DNA of 64,000 bases from Vampirovibrionales bacterium. Its GTDB lineage: Bacteria > Cyanobacteriota > Vampirovibrionia > Vampirovibrionales > JAJTHC01. The stretch lies in the NCBI GenBank assembly GCA_046080605.1, contig JBJTUH010000131.1:733-64732 (forward strand). Direction: 5' to 3'. The position numbers and the translations under genes were made by a program. Under the pieces are notes generated by a model. That model was given only the letters and a program-made list of their open reading frames with translations. It had not been told where the DNA came from and did not search any database. Shown here in pieces: positions 41,422 through 51,505 of the stretch (position 1 is its first letter; each line of letters opens with the position of its first letter).

Positions 41422-42876
41422 CTACGCCTTCGGTAAAGCAAGTGCAAAAGTTGTCCCCTGAGGAGAAGTTTGTAATACTTCTGCTTTTCCTTGATGTGCC
41501 TGCATAAGCTTCCGCACTTCCGCCAGCCCCAAACCTGTCCCTGCACTGCCCTTCGTCGTAAAATAAGGCGTAAACAGCTTAGGTAATACCTCTGCGGGAA
41601 TCCCATGCCCCTGATCGGTCACTTTAATATAAACCCAAGGATCTTCGGACCCTCGGGTAGCACAATGAAGTAAAACCTCTTTACCTTGAGGGGTTGCCTC
41701 AAGTGCATTTTTTAACAAATTAATCAGGGCCTGCTGAATTTTGGCACCGTCAGCCGGCACCGTCAGTACCGTGAGTAACTCCGAAGCATAATGAAGCGTT
41801 TTCAACGTAATCCCTTTTTGCTCAAACTGTGGACGCATGAACTGAGCCAACTGCTCTAACAAGACAGGGAGGCAAGTCGCTTCTTTCGCCAGTGTCACGG
41901 GACGAGCATAGTGTGTAAGACCTGTTAAAATGGTGTCTAAGTGTTGCGTGGCATGACGAATCTGCCCCACCTGCTCAAGGAGCTTCTCTTTCAGAGATGC
42001 TTCTAACGTGTCATGAGGTTGCACGGATTGCTCAAGCTGTGCTTCCATAAGCCCCGCATACAAATCAACAAGCCCTAAGGGATTTCTGATTTCATGAGCA
42101 ATGGCTGTACATAAATGCCCAATCGCCGCCAGTCTTTCTTGCTCAACCAGCCTTTTTTGCAAGGTACGCTCACGCTCTAACATTTGCCTGAGGGTTAAAT
42201 TACGATTCTCTAAACGTTGAATCAAGCCCGTAAGCAAAAGACTCAAGCGCTCATCATACCGACGGTCAATAGGGGTTTCTTTCACTAAACCGTAAAGGTC
42301 TGGATGCGTGCCGTGAAGATGCTTTGCAATAATTTCCGCAAACGCCTTACTATCAGCAGGATGAAACGTCCATCCACCCTCGCACATGACATCCTCACCA
42401 CTCATGGGTGCGGGTGTCACGAGTCGCTCTGTGGTTCTCCAATACAAACATCCGCATAAACGATTCGTCAAAATAATCAACATTCTGGTCTGAGGATCAA
42501 GCGCCACATGGGCTTCTGCATGGTCTTGCGTCTCAACCATAGGAGCCTCTGAAGTCGTCTCATCATGTGCTAAGAGCGGGACTAGTTTCAATGTGTGCCG
42601 ATGTTCCAAACCTAGGGTGAGGGACCAAATACTTTCATCCTGTGGGGCATGCAAAATGAGCAGCCCTGGAAAATTTTGGTCTCTTACCATTCTTAGCAAA
42701 CAGCTTGCTAACGTATTAAACGTACCTCGACTATAATGCCCCCCTGCAGGACAGATTTGCTGAAGATAGTCCTGCATGGCAACAGGGGTCGAGTGAAGTT
42801 CCATAGGAGGTAACGCATAAGGCTGAAAGGGGTCATTCACAGAGGGAACCAATCCTTTAATGACACTTTGCATCAC
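41422..42876 (-). CDS. Cytoplasmic sensor histidine kinase (HisKA + HATPase_c) with uncharacterised ~200-aa N-terminal sensor domain
   Basis: H-box IAHEIRNPLGLVDLYAGL. G1/G2 boxes (ALINLLKNALEAT, TDQGHGIP, GSAGTGLGLA). No TM helices. Confidence 0.8.
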   Translation of the reverse strand: MMQSVIKGLVPSVNDPFQPYALPPMELHSTPVAMQDYLQQICPAGGHYSRGTFNTLASCLLRMVRDQNFPGLLILHAPQDESIWSLTLGLEHRHTLKLVPLLAHDETTSEAPMVETQDHAEAHVALDPQTRMLIILTNRLCGCLYWRTTERLVTPAPMSGEDVMCEGGWTFHPADSKAFAEIIAKHLHGTHPDLYGLVKETPIDRRYDERLSLLLTGLIQRLENRNLTLRQMLERERTLQKRLVEQERLAAIGHLCTAIAHEIRNPLGLVDLYAGLMEAQLEQSVQPHDTLEASLKEKLLEQVGQIRHATQHLDTILTGLTHYARPVTLAKEATCLPVLLEQLAQFMRPQFEQKGITLKTLHYASELLTVLTVPADGAKIQQALINLLKNALEATPQGKEVLLHCATRGSEDPWVYIKVTDQGHGIPAEVLPKLFTPYFTTKGSAGTGLGLAEVRKLMQAHQGKAEVLQTSPQGTTFALALPKA

Positions 42877-42943
42877 ATCTAACTCCTTTGTTTACTGGCT
42901 GAACACAACACACATCACCCCAACAGACTCACACGCCGTATCG

Positions 42944-43933
42944 TTACTGGACAAATAGCACCATCATCCCGATGGCAAACATCCAACAATACACAGAGAA
43001 GTACCACAAGGGGACACGACTAATCCACGTGACAAACCCTGCCACACACACATAGCCTACAACCCCTGAAACAAGCAAAGCAAGCAACATCCATCCCCAG
43101 TCAAACCCCGACAGCATAGCAGAAAGAGAGGCATGCTTTCCCATCGCTAAAAGTTTTAGGGTTTCATAGACCATGGCGGCTAAAAAAGTAGGTATACTCA
43201 ATAAAAAGGTAAAACGTGCGGCTTGGCTTTTTGTGAAGCCTTGCAATAACCCGATACTCATCGTTGTTCCTGAACGTGAGAACCCATGAAAAATGGCAGC
43301 CCAAGCCTGAGCAAGCCCCACTGCATACACGGCTTTATAAGGCAAGATACCAAGCTGATGGTACCAAGCCCCTTCCAAACGAGGCTGACACGTCCCACAC
43401 GATTGACGCTGATAGTGTCTTTCAGCATACGCCATCAAGCAACCCACAAGGATGAGGTGTACTGCTACCCATAAAGGCTGGTGTAAAAACCAATCAGAGA
43501 GATCTTCTATTTTCCCTGGCACTGTCCAGTGCATCCATTGAAAGACCCATTTTGAAAGTTTGAGGGTTCCCAAGATACCCCCCGCAGAGACGATAAACGC
43601 TGTCAGAATCGCACGTAGTTGCTGCTGTGCCAGTCGACGCACTTGCAACACCTCCACAGGCTCTTCTTCACGCTGAGGTAACACTGCAAACGTCCAAAAC
43701 CCTGCCAGCTCCTTACGAAAGTAGACACACACCGCAATCAAAGTACCAAGATGCAACCAAATATCAAAAAACGCCTCTTCTTGAAGGTTCAATGTGCCTT
43801 GTACCATCCCCAGATGATGCAAAATATGGTCCGTAAATAATAAATGAGCGGTAGAACTGACAGGTAAAAATTCAGTGAGTCCTTGTAAAACCGCTTTAAT
43901 CATCATAGTGGCAGGATGAAACATCAGAAACAC
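42944..43933 (-). CDS. uppP: Undecaprenyl-diphosphate phosphatase
   Basis: LQGLTEFLPVSSTAHLLF and the C-terminal FSRSGTTMSIGLLQG (PGxSRSGxT motif). Confidence 0.8.
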   Translation of the reverse strand: MFLMFHPATMMIKAVLQGLTEFLPVSSTAHLLFTDHILHHLGMVQGTLNLQEEAFFDIWLHLGTLIAVCVYFRKELAGFWTFAVLPQREEEPVEVLQVRRLAQQQLRAILTAFIVSAGGILGTLKLSKWVFQWMHWTVPGKIEDLSDWFLHQPLWVAVHLILVGCLMAYAERHYQRQSCGTCQPRLEGAWYHQLGILPYKAVYAVGLAQAWAAIFHGFSRSGTTMSIGLLQGFTKSQAARFTFLLSIPTFLAAMVYETLKLLAMGKHASLSAMLSGFDWGWMLLALLVSGVVGYVCVAGFVTWISRVPLWYFSVYCWMFAIGMMVLFVQ

Positions 43934-44091
43934 ACGCTTTCCACATCACAACATCTAAAGGATAACAAGCACAGCCAAGTATCCCGTCATCATACACCTA
44001 AACCCATCGGGGAAGCTACTTGAATATACAAGACAAAACGCCCTTGAAGACATCGTCATTCAAAGGCGTTTTGATAAAAGAGTTAGAATGA

Positions 44092-44460
44092 TTATCCTTG
44101 AAAAGCGGCAAGCCATTGCTTGGTAGCAAACCCTGCCAACACCGTACCATTACTCAAAAAGAGAGCAGGACGCTTAATAAAGGTATACTCTTGTTGCATA
44201 TAGTGCAACTTATCCTCTTCAGACAAGACTTTTTCATGCAATCCCCAAGCACGATATTTCATCGCACGTTTTGAAAAGAGTGCATCAACTGAACCTATTC
44301 CCGTAACCAACTTACTAAGAGTATCCGTAGAAAGCGGTGAGGCTTTTAAATCATGGTAAGCATTCACCAAAACACCTTGGGAAGCCAGCCACTCATTCGC
44401 TTTTTGGCAAGTAGAGCAATGGGGTAACCAATAAAAGGTTTCAACATGAATCGACATCAT
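44092..44460 (-). CDS. ArsC/Spx/YffB-family thioredoxin-fold protein
   Basis: FYWLPHCSTCQKANEWL near the N-terminus and an overall ~120-aa ArsC-family pattern. Confidence 0.55.
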   Translation of the reverse strand: MMSIHVETFYWLPHCSTCQKANEWLASQGVLVNAYHDLKASPLSTDTLSKLVTGIGSVDALFSKRAMKYRAWGLHEKVLSEEDKLHYMQQEYTFIKRPALFLSNGTVLAGFATKQWLAAFQG

Positions 44461-44475
44461 ACGCTAACCCTAAAC

Positions 44476-44868
44476 TTAGTGACCGCCTAATAAGTTTCTA
44501 ATTAAGTTATTAATAGATGTAAAGACTCCTGCCACTTTAGGTTGATGAGGCATTTGGAAGGCAATATTGCCTTCCAAAGGAGCTGTAAGCTTGTTGGCGA
44601 ATTTTTTTGTGCTTTGGAAGGTATCTTCCACAAGAGGAGCAGGAACACTACCAAAACGAGCCTGAGGTGCTTGAAGTTTCGGTTGTGCTTGAGGCACTTG
44701 AGCGAGCTTTTGTTGCAGCTTTTGCATCATTAAACGTTGTTGCATCATGGAAGCGGTTTGAGTTTGAACGTTCAACATGAGGAGATGACACCTATCAAGC
44801 AAATGAGGAATAAGAGAAAAGGTGGACAACAAGCACCCTGACATGGTAAGAATTGACTCTGAAGTCAC
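44476..44868 (-). CDS. Hypothetical Gln-rich protein
   Basis: ORF only (MMQQRLMMQKLQQKLAQ…). No family recognised. Confidence 0.3.
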   Translation of the reverse strand: MTSESILTMSGCLLSTFSLIPHLLDRCHLLMLNVQTQTASMMQQRLMMQKLQQKLAQVPQAQPKLQAPQARFGSVPAPLVEDTFQSTKKFANKLTAPLEGNIAFQMPHQPKVAGVFTSINNLIRNLLGGH

Positions 44869-45259
44869 ACCCAGAAAACCAATCTCAGGAGGTTTGAAAT
44901 GATGCTGGACTTAGCTTACGTAAAAGCAAAAAACAAAACTAAACAGCATTTTTTTAATTTGATACTTTTATTATTACACTCTCATGACAGATGTCAAGCA
45001 TTTTTTTCATCAAATTGTCACATTCCATGTAAACGACGACACATGCTTAGAGAAGAGGGGTTTTACTTTACCTGCTGAGGCATGCTGTTTTATACTTGAG
45101 GGAGGAAGTAGGCTATCATTCTTACGTCTCGAAATAGAAGACAATAACTTAAAGTTTTTAATGCTTTGTAAAATAGTGTCATCTTCAAAATCCCTTCAGG
45201 ACATCATACAATTACTTGGCTTTTTTCTTCGTTACAAACCACAAGCGACCCTTTAAATC

Positions 45260-46939
45260 ATGACCTCTATAAGCCCCTTAGAGTCCCCGAACAACTATCA
45301 AGCCTATACGCCTGTGTTAGTCATTGGTGGTGGACTTTCGGGAGTCCTTACTGCCTTAGAGCTTGCAACACAAGGCATCAAAGTAACGCTAGTAATTCAA
45401 AAAAGCATTCAGGTTTCAAGCTCTTACTATGCTCAAGGGGGCATTGCGGCTGTCATGCCTGATAACACAGAAGACAGCCTTATCTCTCATATTGAGGATA
45501 CGTTAAGTGCAGGAGCAGGACGCTGTAACCCCGCCGCAGTACGTTCTATTGTAGAGGGTGCGTCAGAACTGGTGTATCGCTTAGAACATTACGGTGTCAG
45601 ATGGGACAAAGCTTCTGATGGTAAGGGCTATACCTATGGACAAGAAGGCTCTCATGCCTGTCGTCGTATTCTGCATGTTTCTGGGGATGCGACAGGAAAA
45701 GGTATCATGGATGGTTTGCATACTGCACTCATAAAGGCGATTGCCTCTGGAACCATTCACCTACTAGAAGGCTATACGTTGGTATCTCTGCTTCAGTCAA
45801 AGGTACACGCGCCTATTGAAGGTGCCATTTTCATAAAACATGCTTCTCATACGCTAAACATACCCTCAGAGCAGTGGAGAATTCAAGCCGATTATACCGT
45901 CCTTGCTACGGGGGGATATGCACGGTTATGGCGGTATGCGACCCCTCCGCTGTGTAATATAGGTGAGGGACTCATGCTTGCACAGCAGGCAGGTGCTACC
46001 ATGACCGACCTCCCCTTTGTGCAGTTTCATCCAACCGCTTTTGCGTATCAGGGTGATGTTAAAGGACTTATTTCAGAAGCTTTACGAGGAGAAGGTGGGC
46101 GATTAAAGAATGCAAAGGGTGAGTATTTTATGCCCCATTACCATCCATTGGCTGACCTTGCCCCTCGGGATGTGGTAAGTCGTGCCATTTTCCAAGAGTA
46201 TCAAAAGCATACCGAAAGAACCCCCGAAGGTGTAACCCCTGAACCTATCACACTTGACATGACCCACCTCCCTGAAAGCTTCCTCAAACAGCGTTTTCCT
46301 AGTATCTATGCCAAGTGTATGAAAGCAGGCATTAATATGAGCTGCACGCCCATTCCTGTGACACCCGCAGCACACTATAGTATGGGGGGCATTGCATGCC
46401 ACTATCAAACAGGAGAAAGTGCATTAGCACGTTTATATATCGTGGGAGAAGCCTCTTATACAGGGCTGCATGGTGCCAATCGTCTTGCCAGTAATTCTTT
46501 ATTAGAATGTGGGGTCATGGCACAACGAGTGGCACACCACTTAGCCCATCAGGGCTTTAGTACGAAACAACCCCATACACAACGAATACAAACACCCTCG
46601 CTTGAGGCAAAAGTTTATGAAGACTATCGCCAGAGCTTACCTCGCTTACTGCCAATCATCGGGCAGGATCTTTGGCAACATATGGGCGTGTTACGAACAC
46701 AGGAGGGAATGAAAACCCTTCAAGAGAAGTACCGCACAGCACTTGACACCGCTCCCCATACCGAAATGAGCAGCCATGCCTCTCAAAGCCTTAAGATACC
46801 ATCCCTAAGCACACAATCTATGTACCATTTTCTTACCACACTTGCCACCCAAGCCCTTGAACTACCCTCAAGTCAAGGGGCCCATACCCTTGCGACATCA
46901 GGTCATCGTGAAAACGTTTCATACCAAAGCTGTCAGTGA
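45260..46939 (+). CDS. nadB: L-aspartate oxidase with ~60-aa C-terminal extension
   Basis: FAD Rossmann VLVIGGGLSGVLTA, YAQGGIAA and the succinate-dehydrogenase-type catalytic region. Confidence 0.9.
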   Translation: MTSISPLESPNNYQAYTPVLVIGGGLSGVLTALELATQGIKVTLVIQKSIQVSSSYYAQGGIAAVMPDNTEDSLISHIEDTLSAGAGRCNPAAVRSIVEGASELVYRLEHYGVRWDKASDGKGYTYGQEGSHACRRILHVSGDATGKGIMDGLHTALIKAIASGTIHLLEGYTLVSLLQSKVHAPIEGAIFIKHASHTLNIPSEQWRIQADYTVLATGGYARLWRYATPPLCNIGEGLMLAQQAGATMTDLPFVQFHPTAFAYQGDVKGLISEALRGEGGRLKNAKGEYFMPHYHPLADLAPRDVVSRAIFQEYQKHTERTPEGVTPEPITLDMTHLPESFLKQRFPSIYAKCMKAGINMSCTPIPVTPAAHYSMGGIACHYQTGESALARLYIVGEASYTGLHGANRLASNSLLECGVMAQRVAHHLAHQGFSTKQPHTQRIQTPSLEAKVYEDYRQSLPRLLPIIGQDLWQHMGVLRTQEGMKTLQEKYRTALDTAPHTEMSSHASQSLKIPSLSTQSMYHFLTTLATQALELPSSQGAHTLATSGHRENVSYQSCQ

Positions 46940-47157
46940 AGCCTACGAATTGATAGGAGAGTATCCTGTATGCTTGAGGTACACTTAGAGGGTTACATGT
47001 AGATACTTTTGCTGAGAGTCCTAGCGTCTTGTAAACACTCTTTCTAACATGGAGTGTTCCATTTCATCACATCGCCTTTGTCGGCTATATTCTCTTGGTG
47101 AGTATGCTATGGTTGTTGTTATCCACGTCTAATACTACCCCTTGAGAGAGGGTTGCC

Positions 47158-48132
47158 ATGTTACTCCCACCTTCCTCATTACAATTGGAACCCATTTTAA
47201 AGCATTTCTTATTGGAAGACTTGTCTCATGGAGACTTAACAGTGGATGCTCTACTGGGGCATTATGCAGGTTATGACCCTACGCATCTCTGTTCTATCCC
47301 TCATATTCAAGGCACTATGGTGTTAAAAACCTCAGGGGTTTTTTCAGGAACTTGGATGATTCCAACCCTGCTCCACTTAGTAGACCCTCGTCTCTCATGG
47401 ACACCCTCAGTGGCATGGCTCTCACTCCACCAGAACCCTCATGCCATAGGACGCGCCCCCTATATTGCGCTGACACAGGGAGAACCTTTCCCTCTTGGAA
47501 TACTGACAGGACCCTCGGATGCTGTTCTCAAAATAGAACGTACGCTTCTGAATCTTTGTCAGCATTTGTCTGGGATTGCATCACAAACCTATCTTTTTGC
47601 CTCTCAAATTGCACACACACACTGTCGTATTGTACACACACGCAAAACAACCCCTGGACTACGACTGCTTGAACGAGAAGCCGTACTGGATGGGGGTGGC
47701 TCTTGGCATCGTTACCATCTGGGGCAAGCCGCCATGATTAAAGATAATCATGTCAGCCTTGCCCACCATATTGCAACGTCTCTTCCTGAGCTTGTCACTA
47801 AAATTCAGGCTCGCCTTTCTCACATGGCACGCCTAGAAGTTGAGGTCGACACTTGGGAACAATTCAGAGCAGTGATGGACGAAACAGAAGCCGAGGTCAT
47901 TCTATTAGATAATTTCACCCCTCTACAATGTCGGGAAGCCGTCCGTTACGCTCAAACGCTTCACGCAAAAGCAGGAAGGCACGTTGTACTAGAAGCCAGT
48001 GGGGGCATTACCTTAGACACCGTTAAAGCCTTCGCAGAAACAGGGGTCGACTTGATTTCAACCAGCCAAATTACCTTGGGGGCACCCGCACTTGATATTG
48101 GACTGGATGTTTGCTTTAAAGCACAGCACTAA
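47158..48132 (+). CDS. nadC: Nicotinate-nucleotide pyrophosphorylase (quinolinate PRTase)
   Basis: HTRKTTPGLRLLEREAVLDGGG, ILLDNF, LEASGGITLDTV. Confidence 0.9.
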   Translation: MLLPPSSLQLEPILKHFLLEDLSHGDLTVDALLGHYAGYDPTHLCSIPHIQGTMVLKTSGVFSGTWMIPTLLHLVDPRLSWTPSVAWLSLHQNPHAIGRAPYIALTQGEPFPLGILTGPSDAVLKIERTLLNLCQHLSGIASQTYLFASQIAHTHCRIVHTRKTTPGLRLLEREAVLDGGGSWHRYHLGQAAMIKDNHVSLAHHIATSLPELVTKIQARLSHMARLEVEVDTWEQFRAVMDETEAEVILLDNFTPLQCREAVRYAQTLHAKAGRHVVLEASGGITLDTVKAFAETGVDLISTSQITLGAPALDIGLDVCFKAQH

Positions 48133-48191
48133 GCACCAAATACACGACCACAAGGTTTCATCCTAGTAAGGTAGCTTCTATCCATGCCCTC

Positions 48192-48659
48192 GTGCGTAAC
48201 ATTCAAGAAGCCATGCTTTATCACAGGAGAAACACACCCATGACACCACCCTCTCTCACCCATGCTTGTACTTCTTTGGCTTCTTTGTCTAAAGTACGTG
48301 TTCCATCAAAAGGTATAATGACCACATGGGCTTTGCCTGTTGCCGTCGGTACCGCCTTTTTTGCAACACAGGACCTGATGGGAGGGAATCGTACCAAAAA
48401 ACTTTATGGTGAAAGTGAGTTGTCTCCTAATGAACGTCTTGCCACCCTAGGTGTAGGAGCCACCGTAGGTCTTGCAGGCGGAGCCATGCTCCACTCAGGT
48501 GCCAGATGGCTCAATAGTGCCTCGCATGCGATGGCACGAGGAAAAGTAGGGGGAGCCACTTGGCGTACTGCACTTGCCTTACCCACGGTAGGTGTGGGGC
48601 TTGGACTCACCCTTGCAGGAGCATTAGGTGCCTATAGTGGCATTAAAGGCAGAGCCTAA
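48192..48659 (+). CDS. Hypothetical Gly-rich membrane protein
   Basis: ORF only. Two or three Gly/Ala-rich hydrophobic segments. Confidence 0.3.
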   Translation: MRNIQEAMLYHRRNTPMTPPSLTHACTSLASLSKVRVPSKGIMTTWALPVAVGTAFFATQDLMGGNRTKKLYGESELSPNERLATLGVGATVGLAGGAMLHSGARWLNSASHAMARGKVGGATWRTALALPTVGVGLGLTLAGALGAYSGIKGRA

Positions 48660-48718
48660 CGATACCCTATCCTTCGTGGAATCACGAAGGATAGGGTGTA
48701 CAAAAAGATACAGAAGAC

Positions 48719-49939
48719 CTACAAAGAAACGAGAGGGAAATAGAGCGTCTCTAAGTACCGTCGCATCCCTTTCACGGCAAGCTGCGGTGAAATCACTTGA
48801 CACTGCGTCCCGTATTTTGCCAAACGACGCAATACAGAGGGCATGTCTTGCGTTTGAGCGGTAACGGTCAATTCCATTTCTTGACCCTCTTTTGTCCCTG
48901 CCAAATGAGGTTCACGTTCGGCTCTTGAGCTTCGTTGAATGACTTTTTCACCATGATAAGGCTCATAGCTTAGTGCCAAACGTCCTGTTAAACGGAACAT
49001 AATTTGCATGGTCGTAGGCTCCGTTGAAAACTCACCTTCTTCGTTCAACACCATGTGAAACTCAGGAAGCACCAATAGTTCCATGGCAGAGGTTAGAGGG
49101 ATTTCCCTCACCTGCTGGAGCAGAAAGTCGTAGCCCACTAAACTATACTGTCTTTTTTCATGACGTACATCGGTAGGCAACATCACCGTCACATAGTCTC
49201 GCCAAGAGATTTCAAGGTCATGCGTCATTTCTGGTGCCGTCTCTTCTGTCAGCTCTGAAGCTTCTTTTTTATCCCTTGCACGACCTTCAAACCCTTCCAC
49301 GGAAAATGCTAGAGGCGTTTGATAGTCAATAGCATGACGAAACACATCTAAAAGCTGTGACTTTGCAAAGTCATTAATATAAAAAGACTTCACATTGGCA
49401 GGATCCTGAGGGTCACCCATACTTTGGCTGGGGAGACTATGAATCCCGTGAATCACACCCCAGCGAAGGGTGGTGGGTAAAAACCATAGCAGTTTCAACA
49501 AGAATAAATAAAAGCGGTCATACAGCTGAATGGAGGCTCCTGGATGCGCAAGACGCTTAAAGGTACGGGTAAGGGTTTCCACCATGGCCATGGTAATAGG
49601 TGGCGTAAAAGGGTATTCAAGCAACTGATACTGATGATTCATCCGAGAGGACGTAAAAGGGATTTTCCCTCCCATCTGACGAATCGTATGAATATGCTTA
49701 ATCAGCGTGGTTTCAGTCATAAGACGTGCCACGGAGGGGTCATTTTCAAAGAACTGATTAATGTCTGACAACTGTAAAGCACGCCGAGTACAAAAGAGCT
49801 TATATAAAGAAAGCACTCTTAAACCACTGGCAAGATACTTAGGCTGTGTCATAGACTCCCACGCATCTTCTTGTTGAGAGATATCCTCAGGAGAAGGGTG
49901 GGCAAGTAAAGATTGTTTTTTAGCGGGACTCATCATCAC
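48719..49939 (-). CDS. HTH-containing WYL/WCX-like regulator (PafC-like partner of the adjacent WYL protein)
   Basis: N-terminal HTH LRVLSLYKLFCTRRALQLSDINQFF. WCX-like C-terminus ELTVTAQTQDMPSVLRRLAKYGTQCQVISPQLAVKGMRRYLETL. The central domain is divergent. Confidence 0.45.
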   Translation of the reverse strand: MMMSPAKKQSLLAHPSPEDISQQEDAWESMTQPKYLASGLRVLSLYKLFCTRRALQLSDINQFFENDPSVARLMTETTLIKHIHTIRQMGGKIPFTSSRMNHQYQLLEYPFTPPITMAMVETLTRTFKRLAHPGASIQLYDRFYLFLLKLLWFLPTTLRWGVIHGIHSLPSQSMGDPQDPANVKSFYINDFAKSQLLDVFRHAIDYQTPLAFSVEGFEGRARDKKEASELTEETAPEMTHDLEISWRDYVTVMLPTDVRHEKRQYSLVGYDFLLQQVREIPLTSAMELLVLPEFHMVLNEEGEFSTEPTTMQIMFRLTGRLALSYEPYHGEKVIQRSSRAEREPHLAGTKEGQEMELTVTAQTQDMPSVLRRLAKYGTQCQVISPQLAVKGMRRYLETLYFPLVSL

Positions 49940-50025
49940 TTAACGTTCCTCACAATAGGGTAGAAAAATATACATCAAACGAGCCTTCATAGAGAGGGTA
50001 TTCTTCCCTATGAAAATCGCCTTGA

Positions 50026-51345
50026 TTAAGCGTTTACAGTAAGGTCAAGCTCATCGGCGGTTTGGTAATGGGAAAGCATTTTCCCTACCATAAGTGCCAT
50101 TTCCTGACGCAATGTCACAGGCTCAACAATATTAAAGGGTAAGCCAATAAACATGAGTTTCTGCTTGATAAAGAACACATCTTTTAAGCACACCATGACT
50201 TCCCAATAGCCAGAGAGTTCACTGAAGTAAGGTTCCTCAGTTAAACACAAGGTCTCATAATGTTCTGGGTCATCTTGAAAGGGTACAAAACGTACACTTT
50301 CACCCATGTTCATGATGTTATCAATCGGCTCATCCGTATATAGATAAAGCTTCACCCAAGCCATTTTCTTTTTACGCTCTTGCGTCAAGGTCACCAACAA
50401 CGCTTCATACTGCTCGGCATCAAACATTTCTTGAGCAAGCTCGATATTGGTCACTCGATCCAAACGAAACGTACGCTGTTGGGTCGCCGTTTCTAGGTCT
50501 TCAGGCACTTTCAAGAGATGGCTATGTCCTGCGTGTTTGAGAACATTTAATGCAGGTCCTGACATGTAACTTCTACCGTTTGCCTGATGAAAATTGGTAG
50601 GAGACACGCAATATGCCGACAAGTAGCCATCACCCAGCGCATCGTAGTAAATAATCACGACATCTTCGGCACGACCTGCTTTTTTCAAGGCAGAACGTAA
50701 TAATCGCTGAAATCTTGCAGAGTTTTCCTTTTCAGTATCCCATCCCTCATGGGCGGGGGGCATCCAATGATTTAAAGGCTTATCCTGTAACGCCCGATTC
50801 ATCAACACATTTTCAGGATGGGTTAAATCATTACGGAAACAATGCAATATTTTATCCCACTGCTCTTTTTCATCCTCAGTGACATAGGGACGAGTGGCAG
50901 AATAAACCTGATACATCAAGTCTTTATCTTTACGAGAAAAGCTCAAGGCATAGGCATTCTTCAACAGCACATAATGCCACTGGGTACGGGTAGAAGGACG
51001 TTGGATTTCGCAGCCAATCATCCGTAATGTGTTTAAACACAAATTGAGCGTATCAAGAGAAATCGTTTTGGGTAAACGAGGATCTTGCAATAAAAGCTGA
51101 TTGATTTGCTCTAAGGTTTTAGGACCATAATAAAGCATTTCAAGAATTTTAAAAATACGATAGGCTGTCAAATTAAAATCTCTAGAAAGAACACTATCCG
51201 TGTTCGTCGTAGCGGAAGCTTGCTCAGAAAGCATAAAAACCACCTTTATATAAACAAAACAAACAATGGACTCAGCACAAAGAAGACAAAAACTATCGCA
51301 CAACACACAATGAAAACGATGGCTGTAATAGCCTAACGCCTTCAA
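50026..51345 (-). CDS. WYL-domain transcriptional regulator (HTH-WYL-WCX architecture, PafB/BrxR/CapW-like)
   Basis: HTH AYRIFKILEMLYYGPKTLEQINQLL. WYL core VVIIYYDALGDGYLSAYCV…RTFRLDRVTNIEL. WCX tail SGYWEVMVC…LMFIGLPFNIVEPVTLRQEM. The start is probably the internal MLSEQAS…. Confidence 0.6.
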   Translation of the reverse strand: MKALGYYSHRFHCVLCDSFCLLCAESIVCFVYIKVVFMLSEQASATTNTDSVLSRDFNLTAYRIFKILEMLYYGPKTLEQINQLLLQDPRLPKTISLDTLNLCLNTLRMIGCEIQRPSTRTQWHYVLLKNAYALSFSRKDKDLMYQVYSATRPYVTEDEKEQWDKILHCFRNDLTHPENVLMNRALQDKPLNHWMPPAHEGWDTEKENSARFQRLLRSALKKAGRAEDVVIIYYDALGDGYLSAYCVSPTNFHQANGRSYMSGPALNVLKHAGHSHLLKVPEDLETATQQRTFRLDRVTNIELAQEMFDAEQYEALLVTLTQERKKKMAWVKLYLYTDEPIDNIMNMGESVRFVPFQDDPEHYETLCLTEEPYFSELSGYWEVMVCLKDVFFIKQKLMFIGLPFNIVEPVTLRQEMALMVGKMLSHYQTADELDLTVNA

Positions 51346-51505
51346 AAGAAAAACCCTCTTTTACGAGTGCGTTTTGAGTATCGGTGATACACTAAAAAGA
51401 GGTATTGGCACCATTCTTCTATTAAAGCAGATAAAGATGATATTTTCTATATAAATTATTCGGTTTTTTCAAAGCTAAAGAGTCTAAATGCCATAAGGTT
51501 TCAAA

